From Neophaeotheca triangularis (lineage: Eukaryota), in contig BAAIJX010000029.1 of NCBI GenBank assembly GCA_054600435.1, positions 186,001 to 250,000 on the forward strand: a DNA stretch of 64,000 nucleotides. The letters run 5' to 3'. Under the pieces are notes generated by a model that was not told the origin of the DNA, did not search any database, and saw only the letters and a list, made by a program, of their open reading frames with translations. The translations under genes and the position numbers were made by a program. Positions 48,481 to 60,759 of the stretch are shown here, piece after piece; the stretch's first letter is position 1; each line of letters opens with the position of its first letter.

Positions 48481-49724
48481 ATGATGGCAGTCGACAGTCG
48501 CCAACAAGCTCCTCCTTTCCAGAGCTTGGGTTACGAAACCATGAGATATCCCCAACAGCCGCAGTTCACGAACCCTTGGGTATCAGCGCCGGCTTCTCAA
48601 AGCCAGCTGTATGCGACTTCGTTGCCTCAAGACAACAAGTCGCAATACAGTAACGCGCACATGCCCAATGTTTCTCCTGCATACTCGGCTGGCCATGTCT
48701 CTGCCTCTCCCATGGCAACAGGTATTCTCACCCTGGATCCGGAGCTTTTGGAGCAATCCAACTTACTCTATGCCCAAGACGTACTGCACGCCCCGAGACC
48801 ATACGGTGCCTCTTACTCTGCCGCTCCGCCACAAGCCCACAACGCCTACCCACCCACATCAGCACCACAATACGCTTCAGAGGTTATGCAACGGCAAAGC
48901 CCTTACAACTACCAACAACCGGACCGCCGAGGCTCGCACCCGTCAGTAGACCTGAACTTGCTTCCGGCCGAACAACCCATGCAAGGCCACGAGGCAGCAC
49001 AACAGAGCACTCTTATTGACTTCCACCACAGACTCGGCGGCGCATCGGAAAGCGAACGCGCTAGCTTCAGCGACGCCCTCGACGCTAGCCGCGGCATGGT
49101 GCAAATGAGCCAGACGGACATCACCCCGCGCAACATCTACGGCTCGCACCAACACTCCTCCCGCTCCTCTTCCGACTCCTATGGCTTCCCCGCCATGCAC
49201 TCGTCGCGCTCGTCCATTTCCTCCACCTCCACCTACCCCAGCTACTACCCCAGCTCCGTCAGCGAGGCTTCGGTAGGCGACTACGGCTCCGCCAGCGAAT
49301 CCGCCGATCTAGGAGGCGGCTCTCGCACTCTGCCACGCCCCTCGGGCCTTATCCCCGGCGGTCACATGCCTCCTGCCCCTTCAACCATGATGGGTCAATT
49401 CAGCTCCAAAGTCAGCTCGAGCTCGCAAAAGAAACACAAGTGCAAGATTTGCGATAAGCGCTTCACCCGGCCAAGCTCGCTGCAGACGCACATGTACAGT
49501 CATACTGGGGAGAAGCGTGAGTTTATAAAATCCAACACCAAGTATACAACCAGAACCACAGCTGATGCCTGTCACTAGCTTTCGCCTGTGACGTCGAGGG
49601 TTGCGGCCGTCATTTCTCCGTCGTCTCTAACCTTCGTCGCCATCGCAAGGTCCACAAGAACGGCGGCGCCGAGGACGAATCCACACAGGATCACGCTTCC
49701 GCTGGTGAAGACGAGGACGAATAG
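48481..49724 (+). CDS. nsdC: C2H2 zinc-finger transcription factor, NsdC type
   Basis: MMGQFSSKVSSSSQKKHKCKICDKRFTRPSSLQTHMYSHTGEK, intron 49517-49578, PFACDVEGCGRHFSVVSNLRRHRKVH; Q/P/S-rich N-terminus. The gene symbol is from recall of the NsdC finger region. Confidence 0.85.
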
Positions 49725-50177
49725 TCGCGCCGGCGCACACCTGTTATCAGTGCGCTTCTCTGCCGCAGTAGAGTCGGCGCATTCCCACCACATACCGCCA
49801 AGGAAGCAATCGGCGCAACGCGCACCTGTCGTAGCGAAAACGCTCACCTCGACCGCCACACATGCAGCTCCATCACTCGCATTGTAGTCGCATCAATCGC
49901 ATCCTCTGCGCGACAAGACAAGACAAGACCGAGGCTCGGCTCGGCCACGAATCGAACCCCATCGACTTCCATTGGCGGCAAATTCCTCCATTGGCGGTTT
50001 AAGAAAAGGAAACCTCGAGGTTTTTTTGGTCTCATCACGATCATCCACTTTCCATACGACTCCTTTCTATACGCTTATTTTTTCGCACCTGTCGCTACCC
50101 GTTTCTCCGGCCAATTCCTTTGTTTTTTACATCATGATACCCGGATGGCCTTTATTCGCTTTCGTTTTCCCACAGCT

Positions 50178-50585
50178 TTGTTGTTGTTGTTGTTGTTGTT
50201 GTTGTTATTGGTAGGGGCAAGAGTTTACGGGAGAGCCAGACCTGAGAGGTTTAGGCGTTCTTGGAGGAGGAGAGGGGAGGGGACCGACGTGGGGAGAAGG
50301 AGCGCGGCAATCGCTTTTTTCCCCCTCCTCCGGTTAATGGAGATGTAAAGCATGGACTCTGGATGCTTGCATGCATACATGCTTGCTGTGGTTGTTGGAT
50401 GGGTTCTACTTGACGGTGGCGGTTCACTCGCTACACTATTGTTGATGCGATGGAGGGGAGGGGATGGTTGTGCTTTGGCTGTGGCTGTGGCTGTGGCTGT
50501 GGCTGTGGCTGTGGCTGTGGCTATGGTGATGGCTATAGTGATATTGATGGTGATGGCTATGGTGATGGTGATGGTGATGGCCTAT
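50178..50585. repeat. Microsatellites (TTG)n, (TGGCTG)n and (GATGGT)n downstream of the C2H2 gene
   Basis: Direct reading. Confidence 0.85.
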
Positions 50586-50707
50586 GGTGTGGGATTGGAT
50601 TGGATTGGATTGAATTGGGGAAGTATAGTAGTTATCTTTAGGAGAATTTATATTTTTGTCTTGTCCTATTGTTTTTCATGTCATTTTTGTGTCTTGACGA
50701 TTAATTG

Positions 50708-50880
50708 TTGAGATGAATTGTTTAGATGAAGTGTTCAAGATCAATCGCTTGGATCAATATTTTACTTAGATCAATCGTTTAGGTCAATTGTTTAGATGAA
50801 TTATTTAGATGAATTGTTTAAGATCAATCGCTTAGACCAATAGTTCAGACCAACCGTTTAGGTCAATCATTCACGTCAAT
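50708..50880. repeat. Degenerate ~13-bp minisatellite, consensus about TTAGAT(C/G)AAT(C/T)G(T/C)
   Basis: About 13 consecutive units such as TTAGATGAATTGT, TTAGATCAATCGT, TTAGGTCAATTGT and TTAGACCAATAGT. Confidence 0.8.
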
Positions 50881-51269
50881 TTCGTCGCTTAGAAGTTCAA
50901 CTCAATTCACCTTCGTCTTCCCTATTTTATCGTACCTAGAAATACAGTACGGTACGGTACATAGGAAAAGAAGGTAGGTAGGTAGATATAGATAAGCTAA
51001 GCTAAGCTCCCTCACTTTTCTAACCGAGCGCGATAATAACAATGACGTCTTTTCGAAACTAGGGCACCTTACCTACCTTACCTTAAGGTGGTCTTGTCAA
51101 TTCTCCTTGGAACCTATAGTAGAGTAGGTGAGGTTAGATGTAACTTGGGTAGGTAGGGGGGTAGTGACTAGGTAGGTAGTAGTCTCTTGCCGTCGTATAG
51201 AATTGAAAAACTAGTTTTGCGGGAGTCGCTATCGCTATCGCTATTGCTATCGTAACGAAGCTGTAGTAG

Positions 51270-51297
51270 GTTAGTTAGTTAGTCGATTAGTTATGTG

Positions 51298-51344
<47 letters not shown>

Positions 51345-51490
51345 GTGTAGTGATGGTTACTTGTGTAGTGATAGGTACTTTACCTACTTTACCTACTTTA
51401 CTTACCTACCTTACCTACCTTACCTACCTACCTACCTACTTTACTTTTTCCTTTTTACATTACTGTCGTCGTCGTCGTCGTCGTCGTCGT
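51270..51490. repeat. Microsatellites (TTAG)n, (TACC/TACTT)n, (TCG)n
   Basis: Direct reading. Confidence 0.9.
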
Positions 51491-53076
51491 TATCGTTATC
51501 CTATAGGCTTTTTCTTAATTTATTCTACTTGTTCTTAGTCCTTAGTCTCGAATTAGCGCGTAGGCGTACCGGCTAGATTTTCTTAACCGCTAGGGGTTTC
51601 GGTTGTTTGGTTGTTTGTTATTACCGGGAGCTTTCGTGCCGTGGACGTTATGTGATTAGGGTTTTTCGAGAGAGTGGGTAGGTGGGTAGGTGTGTCGAGT
51701 CGAGTCGAGTAGGAATACGTGGCAATAATGAGGATGTATTGACTGCCTTGACCACGATAATAGGTCTAAACGAAACAGCAGACCATTCAATCTTATCAGG
51801 AAGAGCCGGTGGTACCGGAGCGTCTATTTCGGCTTTGTCTGCGTTGGCTGGCAGGAAAAGGGGAAATGACAGCTTCTATATGACCTTTGTAGACTATGAC
51901 AGTAGACGAGCTTTTCGGATGTAGAACTCCATATGCAGAATCCAGCTCTTCTTTTGCCATGCCGTCGTATCGCTGACGGAAAATCCCTATCGACGCTCCT
52001 TACCCAAGTCGGCGAGCTCGATAGAGCTTAGGAGGAGGTCCTAGAAAGAGATCGTCAGGAACTAAACTTTGCGACATGCATGTCTGAGATACTCGGGAGA
52101 TCAGCCCGATTTCCAGTTCAGCGTCGTCAGCAAAAGTTTCCATAATGCCGGCATAAGGGTTTCTCTGGTAAGATGTGGACGACCAAGTCATATTCTGCCT
52201 GAAATTAGAGCGTTTTTGACTATGGGAGTTCTGGAACGGCGCAGAGCTCTCGGATGGGGGGTTTTCCTCCTTTTTACAGCGGCACTTTCTTGTTGTATCG
52301 TTGAAAGGGGGTTTGAGAAGTTGGAAAAAGGAGGTGTTGTACTTCTTTAGCACCTCTCTTTGCTTCTCTCTGCTCTTTCATCTGTCGAGCGGACTCAAGA
52401 GGCTGGAAGACGTCTAAAGCTGACTCTGAGGCGCACCCCCTTCCTGTGCCCCGGCTTCTTTCCAAGGACATGTTTTAGGTTTTAACCAAGGCCGCTGGAT
52501 TGATGGACATGCCGTGTAGAACGCCTCGGGGCCTGAGATTCCTAAACGCTCTTTGACGTTGAGACGCCAAGGTGCGAAACAACCCGAGCGCGTTTTTACG
52601 GCTTGCCTTGACAAGTCTCCCTTTCCAGATCCCTTATCTGTTAGTAGGTGGACTAGGCTACATAATCTCCTCCGGCCTCTACACGGCGGCAAGTGCGACC
52701 GCAAGAGGCGCGGGATCGTGGCCATGGAATCAGACTGCCACGGTCTTTTTGACACAAGCTACCACGCTTGATGCTTGGAAAGTCATGATGGACGAGTAAA
52801 GCTGGAGGTGACTGAGATGGAGAGACTCTCTGGTAGACCTACCCAGCGCTCACAGTGTGCAAGACGATGACCACCTTCATTTGAGTGGTCTGAGATTGAC
52901 CGTGAAGACACTGGACTGGAAGCCTTCCTCTCCACAAGGCAAGCAATTGACAGATCCACACCTCTACAGACGACGTGAGAACATGAGCGGCTCTCAACAA
53001 CCACTCCCACCGCTTCGCCACTCCCACCGCCAACCCCAACCCAGCCAGCTGAAAGACAGGAGAGGAAACGGCAACC

Positions 53077-54254
53077 TCACACTTCCCCCTGCGCCCCACC
53101 CGCATTCTGCGCCATACGCATAAAACACCTCCGATACCCCTCATGCACCTCGGGAACCTCAAACCCCCACTCCCTAACCATATCGCAAAACTTACTACTA
53201 TCCAACTCACAATTACTCCTCGGAGCAACGACAGCCCCCGCCTGCACCGCCAACTGCACCCCGTGATCCGCATCCTCATCGTCGGTGAAATTCCTCCACT
53301 CCAGCTCAGGCTTGACATACTCCTTCAAAAGCGCCATAACCGCATTATGCGAGATGGCGCCGGGATTGGTGAAATTAAAAACCCCCTCGACGCCCCTCTC
53401 CGCCACCGCCAGCGCCGGCGGCAGCAGGTCGTGCAGGATCGTGTTGGAGTTGGCAATGTTGACCAGCCGCTCGTAGCGCGCGATTTTGCTCACGAAGCTG
53501 CGCGCGTGCAGGTCGTCTGAGACGGGCATCCGCACTCGGAGAATTAGCACCCGTGGGTAGTCGGCTAGCATCGCTTCGGCGTAGATTTTCGTTCGGCTGT
53601 AGTAGCTGCCGCTGAAGTTTGGGGGGTCGTTTTCCGTGAAGGGCGCGTTGGTTGGGGGCCCTGTGTTGGGGGGTGGGTGGGCGTAGTTGTAGTGGTAGAT
53701 GCCTATTTTTGGGGCGAGGGGCAGGGGGTTAGAAGGGGGGTCTATTTGGAGATTGTGGCTGTTTGGGCGTTGGACCGGGGGGGTTGGGGTGGAAAGGGAG
53801 ATTTGTGAGTTTGGGGCTGGTCACACTAGCCAGGGGTTGGAGAACAAAGCTTTCAGAAGGAAGTGTAGTGATATGGCAAGGGAGGGAGAAACTAACAGCC
53901 CGTGGCAAAAAGCGTCAAATGCACTCCCAACTCCCTACACGCGGCTGCCAACACCAACGGACCAGTCACATTCGCCTCGACCGTCTCATTCTTCAAAACC
54001 TCACACTGGTCGATGTTCGGCCGTCCGGTGAAGCCCGCCGCGCAGACTACGTTCCTGGGAGCGTAAGTCCGCAGCACCTCGCGCACCTCGGCGTCGTGGT
54101 GCATTCGCACGCCGCAGACGACGACCGTCTTGCCTTGTGCGATCAGCAAGTCGGCGAGCTTGGTGGCGATCCAGCCGCCTAGGCCCCAGATTAGCCAGAC
54201 TTCGGCTTCGGGGGGGCCTTGGTGGATTTCGAGGAGGGAGGGGTTGATGGGCAT
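53077..54254 (-). CDS. UDP-4-keto-6-deoxyglucose 3,5-epimerase/4-reductase (NRS/ER, RmlD-like; UDP-rhamnose synthesis)
   Basis: WLIWGLGGWIA, AAGFTGRPNIDQCE, ANVTGPLVLA, FATG, intron 53896-53703, CIY, FTENDPPNFSGSYYSRTK (YxxxK), LRVRMPVSDDL, FNFTNPGAISHN, APRSNCELD. Confidence 0.93.
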
Positions 54255-54576
54255 TTTTGGTGAGTTTGATTAGGGTGGGCGAGGTGATGTTTGGAGGGAA
54301 GGGCGGGCACCGCAAAAATGTTTTAGATGGATGGTTTTGGTCAGGCGCTTGCTCTTTGTATGTGCTACGTGAAAGGGAGCCAGCCACCCGCAAGGAGTGC
54401 CGGCTCGGAGCAAGGAGGCGCATACCAGTCGCCTCGACTTTAAACTAAAGGGCTGATTGTGATTGGAAGTGAGTTGGAAGAGACTGCATCATTCCGTCGC
54501 GATGTTGCTCTTGAAGACCCTCAATGCTACGCCAGCTTGCAGCAAGGAGGCGCATACCAACACTCACCCTTTCAAA

Positions 54577-55812
54577 TCACTTCCCCACCCGTCGGTGCAT
54601 GACGACCGAATACCTGCATGGACCCGTAAGTAAGGGACGGGAAGAAAGGGATGAGTCCAACTCACGCGACGATGCCGCCAACCGCCAAAACCACTCCCAG
54701 CAGACTACCATCCTTGAGCGGCTTCCCGCTATACAGCCACCCGAGCGCAACAATCGAGCACGTCTTGAAATGCCCCACGACAGTGCTACTGACGGGTCCA
54801 GCCTCGTTGATGATGAAAAACTGCGAGAGATTGATGAAGCAAGCCAGAACGCCGCTCTGTCGGGAGAAAAAACACGTAAAACCCGTCAGCGGCGCGCTTT
54901 CACCCTTTTTCCTCGGGTGGGAGTGTACTCACCAGCCCGATGAGCGCAAAAGTGCCTCCCCCAGTCTCGCTCCAGACTGTCACGTCGTCGGCGAAAGGGA
55001 TGACGTAGAGCATCACCAACACGCTAACCGGTGCCTGGTTGAGCAGCAATTGCATGCTCGTGCACGCCAGACTCTTGTGGTATTTGGCGATCCAGACGGT
55101 GTAGACGGAGCTGGCTAGGACGCCGCTGAGAGCGAAGAAGACTCCCAAAGGCGTGGTGGTTTTTGTGGCAGCACCCTCGGCGGTGGCGGGAGCGGTGTCG
55201 AAGTAGGAGACCACGGCGACGCCGACGCAAACGGGGAGCAGGGTCAGGGCTGCTTGCAGAGGGATGACGGCGCGGGAGATGAGGTAGTTGAGGACGACGA
55301 CGCAAGGGGTCAGTAGGACGCGGGCGACTTGGTAGAATTGGATGGAAGAATAGGCGAGGGAAGCGTTGGGCAGGACGACGTTGAGGATCATGGCGAGAGC
55401 GAGGGGTAGGATGGTGAGTTTGTCGACTGGCTTGGGTTGGAAGAGGTTGAGGCGGTTGGGGCGGGAAAGGGTGTAGAGGAGCGCGGCGGTCGTGGCGAAG
55501 TGGAAGGCTGCAAAGGTGACTTGGATGTGTTTGAGGCGTGGGTTGCTGAAGATGTGCTTGTTGACGAAGACCTGGTGGGCGTGGAGCTGTTAGTGCTGTG
55601 CAGTTGAAGGTGTAGGTTTTCTTGCTTCCTACTATGCCTGCTGTGGCGATGCAATTAACCGCAGCGCTGACCCAGAATCGTCGGCTCAAGGCTTCGGACT
55701 GCGGTTTGGCCATTTCGGCCGGCTCCTCATGGCGAGGAAGAAACACCTTTTCCTCATCCAGCTCGTATTCTTCGCGCATCTCGCGCTCGTTCTGCTTGAA
55801 TGCGATTCTCAT
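54577..55812 (-). CDS. Nucleotide-sugar transporter (TPT/SLC35E3, URGT/GlfB-like)
   Basis: Four exons: AVNCIATAGI / VFVNKHIF..VTFAAFHFATT..LPNASLAYSSIQFYQVARVLLTP..QLLLNQAP / SGVLACFINLSQFFII..GPVSSTVVGHFKTC / AYSVVMHRRVGK*; multiple hydrophobic helices. Confidence 0.9.
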
Positions 55813-56023
55813 CTTGTCGCCTAGAAGGTGTAGATTTGAAGAACAAACGCCAAAGACCACTCAACCGGAACGTAGAGGCCGCATTCCTCACGCGTCGTCA
55901 ATTGCAAGACTCGCATCCCTTGCGAAAAACAATCAAAGCCATCGCGTTGACGTCTCTAATGGCGTATTCAAATAGAGACGGATAGGTTGCGAAAGCGCAA
56001 GGAGCAAAGGTGAAAGCGACGAT

Positions 56024-57666
56024 ATGGCTCCATCAATCCCTGGCTGGAACACCTCAGGTATGAAGGGTGTATGCCCTATAATTCCCCGACTGACACGCTC
56101 CAGACCCGACAAGCCTCAGTGCACGCTTCTTCGAAGACGATGGTCTGTGGAAGGAAGCACCGCTATTGACGGGCCACACCCGTTTCGAGCCCCTTCCAGA
56201 CGTCCGGAACATCTTGGTAACGGGCGGCGAGGGTTTCATGTGAGTCCCATAGTCCCCGAGCAGGATGCTTCGAGGGCGGCACCAAGGACATGACCTAACA
56301 GTCCAACGCAGCGGCTCCTGGCTCGTCCGGCACCTAGTCCTGCAATACCCGCACGCCTACAACATCATCTCGTTTGACAAACTCGACTACTGCAGCTCCC
56401 GGCACAACTCCCGCATGCTCTCATCGCGGCCGAATTTCAAATTCATCCACGGCAACCTGCTCAACGACGCTGACCTCCTCAAATGCCTCGTAGACTGCCA
56501 AATCGACACCGTCTTCCACCTGGCCGCGCACACGCACGTCGATCTCAGCTTTGGGAATTCCTACGACTTTACGGTGAACAATGTTATCGGGACGCATAAG
56601 CTGCTGCAGTGTATTAAGCAGGTGGGGAGTGTGAAGAGGTTTTTCCATGTCTCGACTGATGAGGTAGGTGAAGGTGGCTTGGAAAAGTGTCGCTGGAGAG
56701 ATGACTTACCTGTCTGGTACTGCAGGTCTACGGCGAGGTTGAGAAGGATGGCGAGGATCTTGTCGAACACAGTTTGCTCGCACCCACCAACCCGTACGCC
56801 GCCAGCAAGGCCGCGGCCGAAATGATGGTGACGGCTTATGTCAAGAGTTGGGGACTTCCAACCACCATCGTCCGTCTGAACAACGTGTACGGTCCGCATC
56901 AGGTGAGTAGTGCTCTTTCCTGCTGGGAAACACCAGCCGGAATATGAAATCCAACTGACCTTAACCCACCCAAGTACCCAGAGAGTAAGAATCCACGACG
57001 CACTCACCTCCTCCCTCCCCAACTAACCCAAACCCCACAGAAATCATCCCCAAATTCATCAACCTCATAACCGCCAACCTACCCCTCCTAATCCACGGCG
57101 ACGGGCAACACACACGCCGCTACCTTCACGCAGGCGACGCCGCGAGCGCCTTCGACACGATCCTCCACCGCGGCGAATTGGGACAAATTTACAACGTCGA
57201 CTCGCGCGACGAACTCCCAAACTTGACTCTGGCGGCGAAACTGCTGCGGAATTTCGGCCTCGAACCAAACGCCGATTGGATCAAGCACACGGCTGATAGG
57301 CCTTTTAACGATCGTAGATATGCGGTTGATGGGAGTAAGCTGAGAGCGCTGGGGTGGGAGCAGAGGGTTGGGTTTGAGGAGGGGTTAGCGGGGACGGTCG
57401 AGTGGTATCGTAGGTTTAAGGGGTGGTGGGGAGATGTTTCGGGGGTCTTGACTGCTTTTCCTGTTGTCAGGGGGGACCATGTTGAGAAGGGGGTAGAGCG
57501 GGAGGGGGAGGCTGTGGAGGTGAAGAAAACGGAGGAGGCTGTAGTCGGCGCTGCTCAGCTTCAGGGCAAAATCAAGGAGGTGAAGTCGGTGGCGTCTTCC
57601 AATGGTCACGGCGGTTTGGCCGGGCAGCAGAAGAAGCGCAAAGCCACTGCCATGGAGGAGGATTGA
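56024..57666 (+). CDS. UDP/dTDP-glucose 4,6-dehydratase (RmlB-like; UDP-rhamnose synthesis)
   Basis: NILVTGGEGFIGS, FDKLDYCS, FHLAAHTHVDLSFGNS, HVSTDEVYGE, PTNPYAASKAAAE, RLNNVYGPHQ, YPEK (10-nt exon), IIPKF, IHGDG, DRPFNDRRYAVDGSKL. Five introns. Confidence 0.95.
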
Positions 57667-58165
57667 AACAAGTCGGCGACCGTAGCTAGCTGCGCCATCT
57701 TCGAAGTCCCCCATAGTCGTATCCTATATCAAACGCATGGTGCGAGGAAAATGGATCGTCGTTCTCGTCGTGTCTTAACAGGTTGCGAACCAATCCGACG
57801 GTGAAGTGAGGATAGCGAACTGACAACGTGGGGTAAGGAAGCCAAACGTAGCGGTGGAGAAGAAGATCACGAAAAAAAGGAAGCCTCGACGATGAGAGCA
57901 AGGGAGAAAGGAAGACCAGAGCAAAGGCACGGTGAAAACGAGTATCCCAACTCCGGACTAGATAGAGAAGCGCATAGAACCTAGAAACAGGGTATCAGTT
58001 AGTAGTACGAAAACCAGAAACCACCACCTACGCCAGAGCGCAAAAGCAAACGCCACACCAAGAGCCCAATTCTCAACACTCCCTCCATCCTCCTCCTTCG
58101 AATTCCCTCATTGCCTGTCTCCATCTCCATCCTATCTGCATCCAACAAAATCCCCTCACTTCACC

Positions 58166-60052
58166 TCAGCTACCCCCAACCCTGCCCTCCTCCCCATGAT
58201 CCCCAGTCCCTCTATCCGCCGCATCCCCAGCATTACTCCCACCAGTGACAGCGCCATAATCTCCCCTCCTAACCCCTTTCGCCCTCCCCGTCAAATCCTC
58301 CCAAGTTGCCCCAAACCTTCTCCCAGTACTCCTAAGCAACCCTTCCTCCTCCTCCTCCCGCAAATCCTCATCCAACTGCTCCTCGTCCAGCTTCGGAACT
58401 CTAAAAAGCATAACCACGAAAACGACGACGAAAATTCCGAGGAAAGCGAATTGTGCCCAGAAATCGACGACGCCGAGCCAGGGGAAGTTTACCGTGATGC
58501 GGTTGAGGAAGGTGCTCACAACGGAAGGGGTGCAGACGAGTTGGGCAGCGGGATTGTCTGAGCGTTCGGAGCAGAGGCGCACGTTGCGGCGGTTGGAAGA
58601 GCAGTCTGGTTGGGAACCGGGCGTTGTGGGGCGGTCGCAGAAGGTTTGCGCGCCGAAGGTGGCGTATTGGGGTGCGAGGATCAGGGTTAGGGAGTAGTTG
58701 AGGGCGAGAGTTGTGAGGGTTAGGAGTACGGTGGCCATTAAGAGGGCGTTGGGGGTGGTGTGGCCTTTGCGGATGCGGAAAAGAGTTATCCAGAGGAAGC
58801 GGATGCCGAGAGTGCCGATACCGATGAGGGTGCTGGTGAAGAAGAAGAGGGTGAGGAGGAGGAAGATGATGTAGTCGATGGGGAAGAGGCGGGAGGTTAA
58901 AGTTAGGAGATAGTTGGTTGGGTTGAAGATTTGCGTGTGGCCGAGGAGGTAACCGCAGTGACGACCGCAGACGGAGTTTTTAATCTTGTCGATGCAAGTG
59001 ATGAGCATGCTGGCGAAGAGGAGGAGGGATATGACGAGGAGGAGGATGCCGCCGATGAGTTTGAGGGGGCGGAAGACGGTTTCGAGTTTCATGAATGCGC
59101 GGATAAAGGCGTTGTGATTTTCGCCTGTGTTTTCGGCTGCGAGGCGTTCGCGTCGGACAAGAGTGCGCTCTTCACGAACGAGCGATTCGAGTTCTCGGCG
59201 GTCGCGGGCGTCTAGACCTCCCTCACGACCTTCGTTGCGACCCTCGAGCTGGCGCTGGCGTTCGCGGTTTTGGGAGAGTTGGCTGGAAGTTGTGTTGGCT
59301 AGTTGGGGTGCCGAGACACGAGGAGCTGTTTTGATGAGTGCGAGGGGAAGAAGAGCCAGGCCAGGGGCGGTATAGAGGCAGTATAGGAAGGTGCCTATAG
59401 TTAACAAAACACCAATACCGAAGGTCAAGGCTCGTTCACCGTCTGCATATCAGTCAGTCAGCCAGCTGCTCACAACGGTTGGATGGGTGTGCCTACGATT
59501 CTCCCTTAACAAGTCCTTGAAATAGTCCAGATCTCTATGTTCATCTCTCGCCTTCCTAGCAACGGGTACGAAGAAGCCCACCAAAAAGAGGATCAATACG
59601 ATGGCAACAAAACCAATGGTATACTTGAAAGCCCCCCACAGTCTGTTCCCAAGCGTCTGCGAGCCCTCTTCACTAGCGACCTCATCGTACTCTTCATACC
59701 AAAAGTAGGTAAAGGGGACTACGAGCAAACACAGCAAGGCATCCAAGCTGTATAGCGTGTAGTAGACAATCTTCAACTGGAACAAGATGCTATCCACGGC
59801 ATCTGGAGTAGCCCAGTCTTTTTTGGCGCCGAGTTTGTTGTCGGTGGTGCTGGAGACTAGAGCGATGTCGACAGGAGTGAGAAGGACGGTGGCCAATAGG
59901 GCGAGAGTGGTTATGAAGCAGACGATTGTCACCCCGGCGGAGCGTTCGGATGGTTTCTGGTAGAGGAAGACGAAGATGCCGGCAATGAGGGCGAGGATAG
60001 CTAGACAAACGGCGTAGGCGACCCAGATGAGGGAGGTTTGGATGAGGGCCAT
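58166..60052 (-). CDS. LMBR1-like membrane protein (probable lysosomal/vacuolar cobalamin transporter, LMBD1 type)
   Basis: [25 protein letters not shown], intron 59496-59443, [29 protein letters not shown]; multiple TM helices. Confidence 0.9.
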
Positions 60053-60457
60053 GTTTGTCTGTCGAGAAGTAATGGACCTCAGACTCGAGTGAGGTGAGGT
60101 GGAGGTGGAGGTGTAGTTGGAGGTAGAAAGAGGAGTAAGCTTGGAAGTTGTAGTCAAAGTCCAAGGCAGCTCAAGGCAGCCCAGCTCATGCTACTGTGGC
60201 TGAGGTGATAGCTAAGGTTAGCTCGAGCTTGCCCTCTGCTGTGACGAAAGTGGGCTAGAACGGCGTGGGCCTAGGCTTGCCTTGGGGTTGTTTGCCTCAC
60301 GGTGTTTTAAGGCAGAAAAGGCTTCATGATGCGCTAGTATTGACTTTCGCCCCCAACAACTACCTCCTACCTCCTACCTCCTACATACTACAAACCGTCC
60401 ATATCTCTAGTACTTGAAATCAATTCTAAACGTCATCCAACTAATAAATCCACAACC

Positions 60458-60759
60458 ATGCATCCTCACCTCCACACAAAAGATAATCCAGGTACGCGAC
60501 ACCATCCTGTACCTCTCCCCAATCACCACCCCTACTAATCCAAACCTCAGGCTGCGAAGAAGTCATGACAGCCCTAGAAGAATGCCACGCCCGCGGCTTC
60601 TTATGGAAATCCATGGGCATGTGCTCCAATCTCAAAACGGAGGTCAACAAGTGCTTGCGCGCCGAACGTCTGGAGAGGACCAAAGAGAATCGCGAGCGGG
60701 CTAGGGAGAAGAGGGAGAGGGTGCAGAAGGTTTGGGCAGAGATTGATGCGAATAGTTGA
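60458..60759 (+). CDS. CMC2: Twin CX9C cytochrome c oxidase assembly protein
   Basis: MHPHLHTKDNP, intron 60492-60550, GCEEVMTALEECH..GMCSNLKTEVNKCL. Confidence 0.9.

Noticed and set aside
51270..51343. (TTAG)n as a telomeric repeat
   Set aside because: Not TTAGGG, short, and internal among other SSRs.
51860..52860. Short ORFs between the SSR block and the epimerase/reductase
   Set aside because: Fragmented by stops with no recognisable family; a relic cannot be excluded.
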